A DNA stretch of 64,000 nucleotides, from positions 778-64,777 of the forward strand of contig DATGJB010000147.1 in the NCBI GenBank assembly GCA_035295425.1. Reading direction: 5' to 3'. Every line of letters starts with the position of its first letter. The first letter of the stretch is position 1. The notes beneath the pieces are model-generated. The model made no database searches, had not been told where the DNA came from, and was given only the letters and a program-made list of their open reading frames with translations. Shown one piece after another: positions 35,885 to 45,709 of the stretch. The position numbers and the translations under genes were made by a program. The stretch is from Chloroflexota bacterium. GTDB taxonomy: Bacteria; Chloroflexota; UBA5177.

Positions 35885-36046
35885 TTACCTGAACAGGCCT
35901 CCAGTGACGAAGGCCAGGACCGCGACCACGATGGCGACGATCAGGATAATCCAGATCAAGCTCGCGGCCAGGTGAAACACGCCACCAAGGCCCAGGAGCC
36001 ACGCAATGATGAGAATGACGACGAGGATCCAAAGCAGACTAGCCAT
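35885..36046 (-). CDS. Small membrane protein (lmo0937/DUF5670-like), 53 aa
   Basis: MASLLWILVVILIIAWLLG, two TM segments, GGGAGG RBS, followed by a terminator. Confidence 0.8.
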   Translation of the reverse strand: MASLLWILVVILIIAWLLGLGGVFHLAASLIWIILIVAIVVAVLAFVTGGLFR

Positions 36047-36202
36047 CTGTAAACCTCCCGTATCAACCAGGCGCCTCACACCTGGTACCACTGCTATTCA
36101 AGGCAAGTTCTATGCCAGTGAAGATGTCAGAAGCGACTGCATCTGGAGCCGGCAGCGGGCCGTCGACGGGCCGCCACGGTAAGATGGATCACGGAGATAC
36201 GA

Positions 36203-36691
36203 ATGGACTCACGCGAATTCGACGAGCTACTGGACGCGGCGAAACAGGTCAGCCGGATACTCCGCACCGTCTTCGCCGACATCACCGGCGAGGACATCAG
36301 CCTGGACTCGGCGCTCCGCAACTATCCACTTGTGACACTCGGTGCGGCGGCCGGGCTTGGAGCGGTCGCCGGATGGTGGGTTGGCCACAAACGCCGACCG
36401 GCGCTCCCTCCGCCACCCCGGCCGGCGTCTCATCCGCTCGACTATCTCGAGCAGATGCTCCCCGAAGGCATGAGCAAGCTGCTCCGGTCAATGCCGGACG
36501 CGGTGACGGAAGAGGCGGGCGCGGCCGCGAAGAACTGGGTCGACAGCGTTCTCGAGCCGATGGTCAAGCAACGCCTCGACAACGTTGCGGAGAGCGTGGC
36601 GACGAGCAAGTGGGGATCACTGCTGAGACAGGCCATGGAGAGAATGGACCCCGGCGGTGATATCCAGCTCGACGATCCGCAGCAACAGTAG
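36203..36691 (+). CDS. Hypothetical protein (one TM segment)
   Basis: GGAG RBS, protein-like composition, YPLVTLGAAAGLGAVAGWW. Confidence 0.7.
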   Translation: MDSREFDELLDAAKQVSRILRTVFADITGEDISLDSALRNYPLVTLGAAAGLGAVAGWWVGHKRRPALPPPPRPASHPLDYLEQMLPEGMSKLLRSMPDAVTEEAGAAAKNWVDSVLEPMVKQRLDNVAESVATSKWGSLLRQAMERMDPGGDIQLDDPQQQ

Positions 36692-36756
36692 GCGCGGCCG
36701 CCGGCTCAAGCCTGCAGGTGCCGGACCCCGTCCGGTGGCGCAGCCCTCCCCCGGTA

Positions 36757-37281
36757 CTACCGGAAGCGCCAGCTGCCGATGATCTGGGCGTACACCCGAG
36801 GAAAGCTGCCCAGGCTGTGCAACGGCGGTTGGTGGTTGTCGAGGAGCGTAACCTCGTAGATGTGGGAGCGCCAGCCGGCAACATAGACGCCGAGTGACAG
36901 CCCCACCCCTCCTTCGGTCGGTGGAGTAGCGACTCCCGCCATCGAAGCCCTGCCTCCCAACAAGCTTGGCTCCCAGCGAACACGGGCGAACATTCCCTCC
37001 CCGAGGCGTCGCTCGAAGGCAAGAAAGCGTCGGACGGTGTCGGCGGCGCTCCTGCCCGGCCGCACGTTCAGAATCGAGATGGTCACAGCGTACGACGTGC
37101 CTTGCTGCTGGATCGATACCTGCCTCACTCCTACCTGGCTGGTGCTCGTCACTCGCCAGCCGGCGGGATAGTGCACCGTAAAGCCCAGCGACTGGCTGGA
37201 CAGCGTCCGCCAGCCGGAGGCGAAGCTTATCGCCGGAGTGAGTGACACAGCGAGCGCCAGGGCAAGTGCGATGCGACGCAT
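36757..37281 (-). CDS. Secreted hypothetical protein (possible PsbP-like fold)
   Basis: Signal peptide MRRIALALALAV, GFTVHYPAGW, C-terminal QIIGSWRF. GGGAGG RBS. Confidence 0.7.
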   Translation of the reverse strand: MRRIALALALAVSLTPAISFASGWRTLSSQSLGFTVHYPAGWRVTSTSQVGVRQVSIQQQGTSYAVTISILNVRPGRSAADTVRRFLAFERRLGEGMFARVRWEPSLLGGRASMAGVATPPTEGGVGLSLGVYVAGWRSHIYEVTLLDNHQPPLHSLGSFPRVYAQIIGSWRFR

Positions 37282-37472
37282 GGCAGGACGCCTCCCTTCA
37301 GTACATGGAAAGCAGATACGCGGGGCCCGCGTCGTCCACTGGCCCTGGCGACACGCATCGACGAACGAATTCATCGCTCCACTCCCGCGAACATTTTATG
37401 TCACTTTTGTGTCCGCTGTCACTGACGATTGAGGAAATTGGGGTGGATTTGTCGCCAAATCGTTTCAAAACC

Positions 37473-37501
37473 TTGACAAGTTAGGGGTTTCATCAGATAA
37501 T
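37473..37501 (+). promoter_or_regulatory. Near-consensus sigma70 promoter TTGACA-17-GATAAT
   Basis: TTGACA at 37473-37478, 17-nt spacer, GATAAT at 37496-37501. Confidence 0.75.
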
Positions 37502-37715
37502 CGAGCCAATCTGGCAGCGAGTTCGCCTTGAAGGGTGAGCTCGCTGCCGCCCTTCCCCACCTTTTTCTCCCGGCACCCGCCGCCGATTGGCGTTCCGTTT
37601 ACGTCTCCGGGAGAGGTTTCAGACCCGCCATGGTTGTTCACCTGCGGGCGGCCCCTCGGCGCTAGCTGCACCGGACGGAGGGCGGTGCCATCGGATCGCT
37701 CAGTATAGTGAGATT

Positions 37716-38288
37716 GTGTACTCCGACACCTCGCTGGGCAGGTACTTCGACGCGCTCTACCAGATTACCCTGCGGCTCAGTAGCAGTCTCGATCTGGACA
37801 ATGTCCTCACCTACCTGACGGAAGAGACGGCTCAGGCGGTCGTCGCCCGTGCCGCATCGGTGAGGCTGCTCAACTCGACCGGGGAGCGGCTCGAGATGCG
37901 AGCCGTCTACGGACTGAGCGCGGCCTACCTCAATAAGGGACCGGTTGAGCTGGCTCGCAGCCCGGTGGATCGAGATATCCTGGCCGGGACGCCCTCGCAG
38001 CTGGAAGATGTCACCACCGATGCCAGCTTCCAGTACCCGGAGGAAGCGGCGCGCGAGGGTATCGTCTCCGTGGCCAGCGTGCCGCTCATTGCCCGGGGCA
38101 GCCCAATCGGCGTGCTCCGCGTCTACAGCGCCGAGCGCCGCCGGTTCTCCGATTCCGATATGCGCTTCCTGGTCGCGGTGGCCGATCTCGCCGCACTCTG
38201 CATCGAGAATGCCCGCCTGTACGAAGGGGCGCGCCAGAACTACGAGGAAACGATGAATATCCTGTGGGGCGCCGAGCCGGGAGGCTAG
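37716..38288 (+). CDS. Stand-alone GAF domain protein
   Basis: LSSSLDLDNVL, SVASVPLIARGSPIGVLRVY and AALCIENARLYE motifs. GTG lies 6 nt after TATAGT. Confidence 0.85.
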   Translation: MYSDTSLGRYFDALYQITLRLSSSLDLDNVLTYLTEETAQAVVARAASVRLLNSTGERLEMRAVYGLSAAYLNKGPVELARSPVDRDILAGTPSQLEDVTTDASFQYPEEAAREGIVSVASVPLIARGSPIGVLRVYSAERRRFSDSDMRFLVAVADLAALCIENARLYEGARQNYEETMNILWGAEPGG

Positions 38289-38290
38289 CC

Positions 38291-39664
38291 GTGGCGGACG
38301 ATCCCATCGCATACGCGGCGAGCAATCGCGAGCGTTTTCTCGGGGAGCTCACCAAGCTGCTCCGCATCCCGAGCATCAGTACCCTGTCGGCGCACCGGCC
38401 GGACATGGAACGGGCGGCGGGGTGGCTTCGCGAGAAGCTGACGTCGATCGGCGTGACGGCCGAGATCATCGGCGGGAACGGTCACCCGCTGGTCTACGGT
38501 GAATGGCTGGGCGCGCCGGGGGCACCGACCATCCTGGCGTACGGCCATTACGATGTGCAGCCGGTTGATCCGATCGAGCTATGGCACTCTCCACCGTTCG
38601 AGCCGGCGGCGCGTGACGGCAGCATCTACGCGCGGGGCGCCTCCGATGACAAGGGACAGCTCATGACGCTGATCCTGGCGGCGGAGAGCATCATGCGGTC
38701 ACGCGGCTCTCTGCCCGTAAACATCAAATTCCTCATCGAGGGCGAGGAGGAGGCCGGCGGCGCGGTGGTAACTGCGTACGTCTCCAGCCACGCTGAACGG
38801 CTCCAGGCCGACGCTGCCCAGGTCGCTGACACCGCGATGTTCGCGCCCGGTATCCCCACGCTGGAGACAGGTCTGCGCGGCAACGTCTATACCGAGATCT
38901 ATGCTCGCGGAGCCGCCCACGACCTCCATTCCGGTTTGTACGGCGGCGTGGCGCCGAACCCGCTCAACGCCCTGGCCCACGTAATCGCGGGCCTCAAGGA
39001 TCTCAACGGACACATCACGATTCCTGGCCTCTACGATGACGTCCGGATGCCTGATTCCGCGGTGCTCGATTCCTGGCGGCAGCTCCCCTACGATCCGGCA
39101 ATGACGGAAGCTGAGATGGGTGTGACGCACCTGACCGGCGAGCAAGGTTTCACACCACTCGAGCGAATGTGGGCCCGGCCCACCCTCGACGTGCATGGCA
39201 TACAGGGCGGCTTTACCGGCGAGGGGGCCAAGACCGTGATTCCGGCCGAGGCCAGTGCGAAGATCAGCATGCGGCTGGTCCCGGAGCAGCGCTGGGAGCG
39301 CATATTCGAGCTTTATCGGGAGCGCGTCTTGCAGCTCGCACCGCCCGGCATCGAGCTCGAGGTCCGTCTCATCCACGGCGGCAACGCCGTGGTGGTGCCG
39401 GCCGAGAGCCGGTTTGTCAGCGCCGCTCAGACGGCCCTGGAACGGACCTTCGGCCGCCCGGCCGTCCTGACCCGCTCCGGCGGCTCCATTCCAATCGTCG
39501 GCACGCTGAAGGAGGCGGTCGGCCTGGAAAGCGTCCTGATGGGATGGGGCCTGCCCGACGACAACCTTCACGCCCCCAACGAGAAGCTCTCCCTCGACAA
39601 CTTCTACCGAGGGATCGACGCCACCATCCGCTTCTGGCAGATCGTCGGCGGCCTGGCCGAGTAG
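38291..39664 (+). CDS. M20 family dipeptidase (ArgE/DapE/CNDP-like)
   Basis: YGHYDVQP, ARGASDDKG, EGEEEAG, DLHSG, GGSIP and HAPNEK motifs. Confidence 0.93.
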   Translation: MADDPIAYAASNRERFLGELTKLLRIPSISTLSAHRPDMERAAGWLREKLTSIGVTAEIIGGNGHPLVYGEWLGAPGAPTILAYGHYDVQPVDPIELWHSPPFEPAARDGSIYARGASDDKGQLMTLILAAESIMRSRGSLPVNIKFLIEGEEEAGGAVVTAYVSSHAERLQADAAQVADTAMFAPGIPTLETGLRGNVYTEIYARGAAHDLHSGLYGGVAPNPLNALAHVIAGLKDLNGHITIPGLYDDVRMPDSAVLDSWRQLPYDPAMTEAEMGVTHLTGEQGFTPLERMWARPTLDVHGIQGGFTGEGAKTVIPAEASAKISMRLVPEQRWERIFELYRERVLQLAPPGIELEVRLIHGGNAVVVPAESRFVSAAQTALERTFGRPAVLTRSGGSIPIVGTLKEAVGLESVLMGWGLPDDNLHAPNEKLSLDNFYRGIDATIRFWQIVGGLAE

Positions 39665-39727
39665 CGCGACCATGACCCGACACCGGTCCGTCTCGCCGGT
39701 GCCCGGCCCCAGGGCCGGAGTCGCGGT

Positions 39728-40957
39728 TCAGAAGCCCCTTGGGCACCAAGGGGCGGGGATGCACTGAAATATGCCGTCAGCGCGGCGTACTGCGCCGGGA
39801 CTGCGCTCGAACACCCGCCCCGCTCGCGCCAGATCGGTAAATCGAGTGCCGCCGAGGTAGGCAGCACCGAGGTCGGCGGCCTCCATAGTCAGGTCAGGCG
39901 CCACGCTCGAGCGCGCGCATGTCGCGCCGTCGGCTCCGCCCTCCAGCCGGTACGTCCCGCTGTTCTCCGGACAGAACCGGTCGTGCACCTCGAGCGTCAG
40001 CGAGCCTTCGGCGGCATAGCGGCGCGCCGACAAAGCAGCAGGTATGTCGATCACGCGGGTCCAGAGTGAGTCGCCAAAATGCTTGACCCGCAGCCGCCGG
40101 GGATCGGCCAGCATCCAGCGGATCGGGTCGTCGTTCGGCATGTCGTGCGCTTCGACCTTCGTCACCAGGTCGACGCTCAGCACATACTTCCAGAGAGCGG
40201 TGCGTGCCGCGTCGTTCAGCGCAATGAGCCCGACGAGCTGCAGACTGTTTTCCGCGAAGCCGCCCGTCCAGTTTTCCTTGATGCGGTATGCGGCGTAGCC
40301 GTCCACCTCGCCGGATTGGGCCCGGTACACCACATAGAATCGTTTGCTTGCGCCATGTGCCCAGCGTGCCGGATCGCGCAAATAATAGTCCCACTCCGCG
40401 CGGCTCCGGGTGAGGAAGCCCGGCTGCTCGGCTCCGGCGCGGTCCCACACCTCCGGCAGGATCGAGCTTGCCTCTTCCCGATCGATGAACTCAACCACAC
40501 CGTCGAACGGTGGGTGGTGGGCGAACCTGGCGTGGTGGGTGCCAATCTCGTAATCGGTGTGCATGGTGGACACGCCGAAGCCGAAGCGGCCGTAGATGAC
40601 GCTCTCCGAGGCATACAGCAGGCCCACCGGCTCACCTCGCTCCCGCATGTCGGCCAGCTGCCGGCGCATGATCGCCGTCAGGATGCCGCGCCGGCGGTGG
40701 GTCGGCAGGACACTGATCCAGCTGACGCCACCAGCCGGGATCCTGGTAGCGCCGGGGAGCGTGAGCTCGAAGCTGTAGAGCACCCCTGTGCCGACGATCC
40801 GCGATCCATCGAACGCGGCTAGCGTGCGGTCGAGGTCGATGAGCGGGCGCTCCTCCTCGATTTCCTCGTCCTTACCCGGATCACCAAAGCCGGTACCGGT
40901 GGCATGGCCAAAGGCAAGGAACTCATCGGCCACAATTGGACGCAGCTCAAAGCTCAT
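39728..40957 (-). CDS. GNAT acetyltransferase, Eis-like with C-terminal SCP2
   Basis: VLPTHRRRGIL, LYASESVIYGRFGFG, ALSARRY and DLGAAYLGG motifs. Confidence 0.9.
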   Translation of the reverse strand: MSFELRPIVADEFLAFGHATGTGFGDPGKDEEIEEERPLIDLDRTLAAFDGSRIVGTGVLYSFELTLPGATRIPAGGVSWISVLPTHRRRGILTAIMRRQLADMRERGEPVGLLYASESVIYGRFGFGVSTMHTDYEIGTHHARFAHHPPFDGVVEFIDREEASSILPEVWDRAGAEQPGFLTRSRAEWDYYLRDPARWAHGASKRFYVVYRAQSGEVDGYAAYRIKENWTGGFAENSLQLVGLIALNDAARTALWKYVLSVDLVTKVEAHDMPNDDPIRWMLADPRRLRVKHFGDSLWTRVIDIPAALSARRYAAEGSLTLEVHDRFCPENSGTYRLEGGADGATCARSSVAPDLTMEAADLGAAYLGGTRFTDLARAGRVFERSPGAVRRADGIFQCIPAPWCPRGF

Positions 40958-41030
40958 GCGCCGGCTTCTCCATTCTCTCGGTTTATGGCACCGCCTGCCT
41001 GCCTTTCGCGGCGGGCAGCGGGCAGGACGG

Positions 41031-41600
41031 TCAGGCGTCGCGTACCGGTTGCGGACGCCTCTCGGCCCGGAGGCGCCAGATCACGAAGACCACGGCTGCG
41101 ACCAGTAGACCGGCGGAAGCGGCCTGCAGGAGCGGGGAGCCGTGAATCAGGCCAATTGTAGAAAGCATGGTGGCGCCGCCGAAGTAGCCCAGCAGCAGCA
41201 ACGTACCTGACCACAGCAGCGCCGCCGGAACCAGACCGGCGAGAAACCGCGGGTACGGCATGCGTGCGCTGGCGGCTGCAAACACGGTGGCGTTCCGCAG
41301 GCCAGGCACCAGACGGGCAGCGCCCACTCCCCACATGCCATGCCGCCGAATCAGGCGAATGACCCGCCGCGGCATGACCCGGCCGGACGCCCGATGGCGC
41401 TTGATAGCAACAAAGAGGATCGACGCGCCGGTGACCATGGCGAGCGACGCCACCATCCAGGACAGGAGGAGGACCGATCCGCCCCTGGCTGCGCCCAGCC
41501 CGGCCGCGACCAGGGAGACATCGCCAGGCAGAAGGAAGACTCCTGCCTCCTCCAGCGTCAAGAGCGCGCCGAGCCCCAGGTAGAAGAGCAGACCGACCAC
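41031..41600 (-). CDS. DedA/VTT family membrane protein
   Basis: LEEAGVFLLPGD, RRHG...ARLVPGLR and RMPYPRF motifs. Confidence 0.85.
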   Translation of the reverse strand: MVGLLFYLGLGALLTLEEAGVFLLPGDVSLVAAGLGAARGGSVLLLSWMVASLAMVTGASILFVAIKRHRASGRVMPRRVIRLIRRHGMWGVGAARLVPGLRNATVFAAASARMPYPRFLAGLVPAALLWSGTLLLLGYFGGATMLSTIGLIHGSPLLQAASAGLLVAAVVFVIWRLRAERRPQPVRDA

Positions 41601-41602
41601 GA

Positions 41603-42217
41603 CTATCCCTGGATGTCGACCGGCGGCTGCTTGGTTATGCGCCAGACATGCACGATGCGCTGTGCGACGGTGTAGTACGTCGACAGGCAGAGCACAGCCA
41701 GGATCACGGTCAGCGCCGTCTCGCGAGTGGCCTGCGCCAGGATAAGGCCAACGGCCAGCATCACGATCCGTTCCGGGCGCGCCATGATGCCGACCTCACA
41801 GTCCAGCCGCAACACCTCGGCGCGGGCCCGCGCGTACGAGATCATCACCGAGCCAAGCACGACGGCGTAAATCAACCCCACCTGCACGTCGTCACTTCTG
41901 GCAAGCGCGTGCCAGAGCAGGCCGAGACCCACACTCGCCTCGGCCAACCGATCGAGCGTGGCATCGAGAAAATCGCCGAACTGCGAAGACGCATTCTTGA
42001 CGCGCGCCAGTGCGCCGTCTGCCATGTCGAAAATTCCGGCGAACAGCAGCAACACACCCGATGCGAACAGGTAGCCGCCCGCAATGACCAGCGCGCACAC
42101 CACGTTCAGTAGCAGGCCGACCACGGTCAGCATGTTGGGCGAGACACGGCTGCCGGCAACCGGTCGGATCAGGCGCATGGAAATGCGCCGTACCCTGGCC
42201 TCTATTGGCCCGAACAT
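41603..42217 (-). CDS. CDP-alcohol phosphatidyltransferase (PIP-synthase/PgsA-like)
   Basis: SPNMLT, signature DMADGALAR...GDFLDATLD, ISYARARAE and GIMARPER (PIP-synthase-type motifs). Confidence 0.9.
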   Translation of the reverse strand: MFGPIEARVRRISMRLIRPVAGSRVSPNMLTVVGLLLNVVCALVIAGGYLFASGVLLLFAGIFDMADGALARVKNASSQFGDFLDATLDRLAEASVGLGLLWHALARSDDVQVGLIYAVVLGSVMISYARARAEVLRLDCEVGIMARPERIVMLAVGLILAQATRETALTVILAVLCLSTYYTVAQRIVHVWRITKQPPVDIQG

Positions 42218-42328
42218 CTTCTCAACTCGTTTCCCCGCTACACACCAAGGCTGTAGCGCTGCCTATTATGCCTCATCCGGCCGCCCGAGTCGACCGACCA
42301 ACGGCGATCGTACGATGCGACGAAAGCC

Positions 42329-43156
42329 CTATGTTTGGGCGGGCGCGAGCGAGCGCCTCCACGGAATCGACAGCGTTCCACGGGAGACCTCGTAGGCCGC
42401 CGAGGCCAGAAACGCCAGGGCCACCAGGGGGACGCTCGCCATCGCGTCGAGCAGGTAGTGGTTCCCGGTGACCACGACCGCCAGGAGCATCAATGCCGGG
42501 TAGAAGGCGAGGAGCTTCGGCAGGAGGCGCCGGGAAAGCACGACCACCGCGCCGGCCGCAATGAGCGCCCATGCCATGTGGATGCTCGGCATCGCCGAAA
42601 ACTCGTTGTATCCCAGCTGCGTTCCCACGATCTTCCCGCCGCTCAGAATGCCGTAGAGGGTATCCGTGAAGTGGAATGGATGGTGATCGAACAGCAGATT
42701 GGTCGTCATGCGGGGTGGGGCGACGGGGAAGGTCTCGTAGATCAAGAGCGCCAGCGCGTTGGTCAGGATGACGGTGTTTCGAACCAGCCGGAAGTGCTCG
42801 CGACGGTAGAAATACACCCAGATCGCGACGCCCAGCGTCACGAAGATGTGGCCGAACACGTACATGCCGTTCATCAGGTGTGCCATATCCAGGTAGCTCA
42901 CCGTGAATGTCAAGATCCGGTGCGTGTGCAGGAAGAAGGTTTGCCAGGCAGGCTCGATCCAGAATCCGTGCGCCGCCTCGAAGGCGACGACGCGTCGCGC
43001 ATTGTCGATACCCTGCACGGTACCGCGCTGAGAAAAGATTCCCCGGCCTAGATCGTCGCCGACTTCAATCGAAACCGCGATGAGTACCTGAATCAGGAAT
43101 GCCATCCACTCGGCCACGACGTTGTTCCGCCGAATAGCGGCTTCCGCTGTAGACAT
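42329..43156 (-). CDS. PAP2 superfamily, AUR1/inositol-phosphorylceramide-synthase-like
   Basis: FPVAPPR, AMPSIHMAWA and VTGNHYLLDA catalytic motifs. Confidence 0.85.
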   Translation of the reverse strand: MSTAEAAIRRNNVVAEWMAFLIQVLIAVSIEVGDDLGRGIFSQRGTVQGIDNARRVVAFEAAHGFWIEPAWQTFFLHTHRILTFTVSYLDMAHLMNGMYVFGHIFVTLGVAIWVYFYRREHFRLVRNTVILTNALALLIYETFPVAPPRMTTNLLFDHHPFHFTDTLYGILSGGKIVGTQLGYNEFSAMPSIHMAWALIAAGAVVVLSRRLLPKLLAFYPALMLLAVVVTGNHYLLDAMASVPLVALAFLASAAYEVSRGTLSIPWRRSLAPAQT

Positions 43157-44219
43157 CCTCTCTTCTCTTCTCCCCGGCCTCTCCCGCCGGCGCCACCAGT
43201 CTCTCGAGCTCCGGCCGGCGGGGCTCTCCCTGCGCTTCCGCCGACCGGTAGATCGCCTCTACCGTCGCTACCAGCGTGCCTGCCTCTGCAAAGTTCCGAT
43301 CCGCTTCCGACCGATCGACGTCGAGCACGTTCATACGGATCAGCTCGCGAAACCAATCCGGATGATATGACGACTCCGTGAGCCGTCCACTGAACGGCAT
43401 CTCACGGTCACTTTCGCCATTATGCACCACAATTCGGCCGTCGTAAATGGCGATTCGTCCGGTCGTCCCGACGACCTCCCCACTGTTGGCGCGGCCCCGT
43501 CCCGTCCACGCCAGCTCGATGCGCGCTTCAGCCGAAGGGAAGTCCAGCTCGACCGTCGCTTCGTCCTCGACCGGCAAGTGTCGGGCGTCGGCGGTTCTGG
43601 TCGTCGCCTTCACCTCGTGCGGCGCCCCTCCCAGCCAGCCCATGACGAGATAGAGCTGGTGCCAGCCATGATCCAGGATGATCCCGCCGCCGGCATGGAC
43701 AAGATCGGTGCGCCAACCGGGAAGCCAGGCCTGATTTCCCCGCGCCGCCTGCGGCCGCTCCGTCCGCAGGACGATACGCTGGACCCGTCCAATCGTCCCG
43801 CCGTCGATGATCGCGCACACGTGCTTGTACAGATCCGAGTGGATCCAGTTGTTGACGCTGACGATCCGGCTCCCGGCTGCCTCGCGTGCAGCGGCCACCC
43901 GACGATACTCGTCGCTACCCAGGACGAACGGCTTCTCACAGACGATCGTGGGCAGCCCGCGCCGGCAGGCGGCAACCATGAGCTCGGCGTGAGCCGCCGG
44001 AGGCGTGCAGATATCGATGCCGTCGATGCCGGCGTGTGCAATCATCTCCTCCGGCGAGCTATAGAGCTGCGCAGCGAAAAGCAGCTGGCCGGCGCGCGCC
44101 AGGCGCTCGGGCGAGATGTCGGCCACCGCCACCACCTCGATCTCAGGAAACGATTGAAGTGCCGGCAGGTGCCCGTGTTCGGCTATGCTCCCGAATCCGG
44201 CCAGGCCGATCCGATGCAT
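43065..44219 (-). CDS. Gfo/Idh/MocA family oxidoreductase
   Basis: GLAGFGSIA, ICTPP..H, VCEKP and GGGIILDHGWH motifs. Confidence 0.9.
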   Translation of the reverse strand: MHRIGLAGFGSIAEHGHLPALQSFPEIEVVAVADISPERLARAGQLLFAAQLYSSPEEMIAHAGIDGIDICTPPAAHAELMVAACRRGLPTIVCEKPFVLGSDEYRRVAAAREAAGSRIVSVNNWIHSDLYKHVCAIIDGGTIGRVQRIVLRTERPQAARGNQAWLPGWRTDLVHAGGGIILDHGWHQLYLVMGWLGGAPHEVKATTRTADARHLPVEDEATVELDFPSAEARIELAWTGRGRANSGEVVGTTGRIAIYDGRIVVHNGESDREMPFSGRLTESSYHPDWFRELIRMNVLDVDRSEADRNFAEAGTLVATVEAIYRSAEAQGEPRRPELERLVAPAGEAGEKRREDVYSGSRYSAEQRRGRVDGIPDSGTHRGFD

Positions 44220-44223
44220 GCGA

Positions 44224-45555
44224 TCAGTGGTGGGCGGCGGCCAGCCCAATCTCAGCGCCGGCCAGCGTCTCTTCGAGGATCTCGCAACCGGCGTCCGCCA
44301 GCTCGTGGCTGAGAGTGAGCGGCGGATTGATGCGTAGCGCCGAGCCGGAAGGCATCACCAGCAATCCCTTCCCGAGCAATGTAAGGAACAGCTCGCGCAT
44401 CTGCTCGCGCTCCAACGGCTGCCGGCTCTCGTTCGCCAGCTCGATGCCGATCAACAGCCCCTTACCACGCACGTCGACGACCAGCGGTGACCGCTCGACC
44501 AGCCGCTTGAGGCGCCGCACCATATGCCCGCCGACCTCCAGCGCGTTCTCGCCCAGCTGCTCGTCGCGCAACACCTCCACCGCGGCCAGCGCTGCCGCGC
44601 ACGCCAGCGCGTTGCCGCCGTAGCTGGACGAGTTGCCGCTCGGCTTCGCCCACGGCTCCGCCCGCGCGATCTGCTCACGGACCGCAACGGCACTGATCGG
44701 GAAGCCGTTCCCGAAGCCTTTCCCCATCACCAGAATATCCGGGACGGCGTCCTCATGCATGAAGGCGAAGGGCGGCCCGGTCCGGTACATACCGGTGATC
44801 ATCTCGTCGCAGATGAACAATGCGCCCACTTCATGAGCTACCTCGCGTACCGCCCGCAAAAACCCCGCCGGCGGGACAACGTTGCCGCCCCGTCCCTGCA
44901 CCGGTTCAACGATCACCGCCGCAATGTCGCGGTTTGTCCCGTGGAGGATCATTTCCCGCAGGAATGTGATCGAGCGATTGAGACAGTCGCCATCGCCGAA
45001 GGGGTTGTGCCTCGGGTCGGCATACGGGACGGACACCACGCCCGGCGTCGGCAATCCGTATCCAACCTGCTCGCCCTCCGACAGCGGCCGCGTCCCATCC
45101 GTCTTGCCGTGATACCCACCCCAGAAGCCGACGACCATCGACTTTCCGGTGGCACAGCGTGCCAGTCGGAGCGCCGCCTCCACCGCCTCGGCGCCGCCAC
45201 TGTAGAACTGCATCCGGCTGAGTTCGGGCGGCAGGAGGGCATGCATCGCCTCGAGCAGGCGCACTCGTGGCTCCGAGGTGAAGCCGCCGGCTGCCAGCTT
45301 GCCCACCTGCTCCGACACCGCCGCCACGTGTCGCGGGTGCGCGTGTCCGATGCTCGCGACGGCGATGCCCGCCATAAAGTCGAGGATGGTGTTGCCGTCC
45401 ACGTCGTACAGAGCGCAGTCACGGCCGCCGGCGAAACAAACGCGAGCCCACTGCGTGACGCTCTGCAAGCCGGGCGCGATCAGCTCTCGCTCGCGCTCGT
45501 AGATCTCCAGGGATCTGGGGCCTGGAATCGGAGTGACGACGTTCGGGATAGCCAT
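44224..45555 (-). CDS. Class III aminotransferase (PLP)
   Basis: DVDGN, SGGAEAVE, YHGKT, EPVQGRGG, DEMITGMYRTG, MGKGFGNG and VRGKGLLIG motifs. Confidence 0.92.
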   Translation of the reverse strand: MAIPNVVTPIPGPRSLEIYERERELIAPGLQSVTQWARVCFAGGRDCALYDVDGNTILDFMAGIAVASIGHAHPRHVAAVSEQVGKLAAGGFTSEPRVRLLEAMHALLPPELSRMQFYSGGAEAVEAALRLARCATGKSMVVGFWGGYHGKTDGTRPLSEGEQVGYGLPTPGVVSVPYADPRHNPFGDGDCLNRSITFLREMILHGTNRDIAAVIVEPVQGRGGNVVPPAGFLRAVREVAHEVGALFICDEMITGMYRTGPPFAFMHEDAVPDILVMGKGFGNGFPISAVAVREQIARAEPWAKPSGNSSSYGGNALACAAALAAVEVLRDEQLGENALEVGGHMVRRLKRLVERSPLVVDVRGKGLLIGIELANESRQPLEREQMRELFLTLLGKGLLVMPSGSALRINPPLTLSHELADAGCEILEETLAGAEIGLAAAHH

Positions 45556-45709
45556 ACGATGCTCCGGAAGAGGTGGTAGTGGGACCCGGGCGTCGTGGAA
45601 TGCGCAATCGGAGGGACAGGGAAGGCGCAGGTCAGGCTGGTCCCGCTGGCGACACGCCATCAAGCCCGGACATCACAGAGCTTATCAGGTTTCCAGGCCC
45701 CGGACGGTC

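Noticed and set aside
37395-37425. Pho-box-like TGTCAC direct repeats
   Set aside because: The spacing is irregular and the matches are too short to distinguish from chance.
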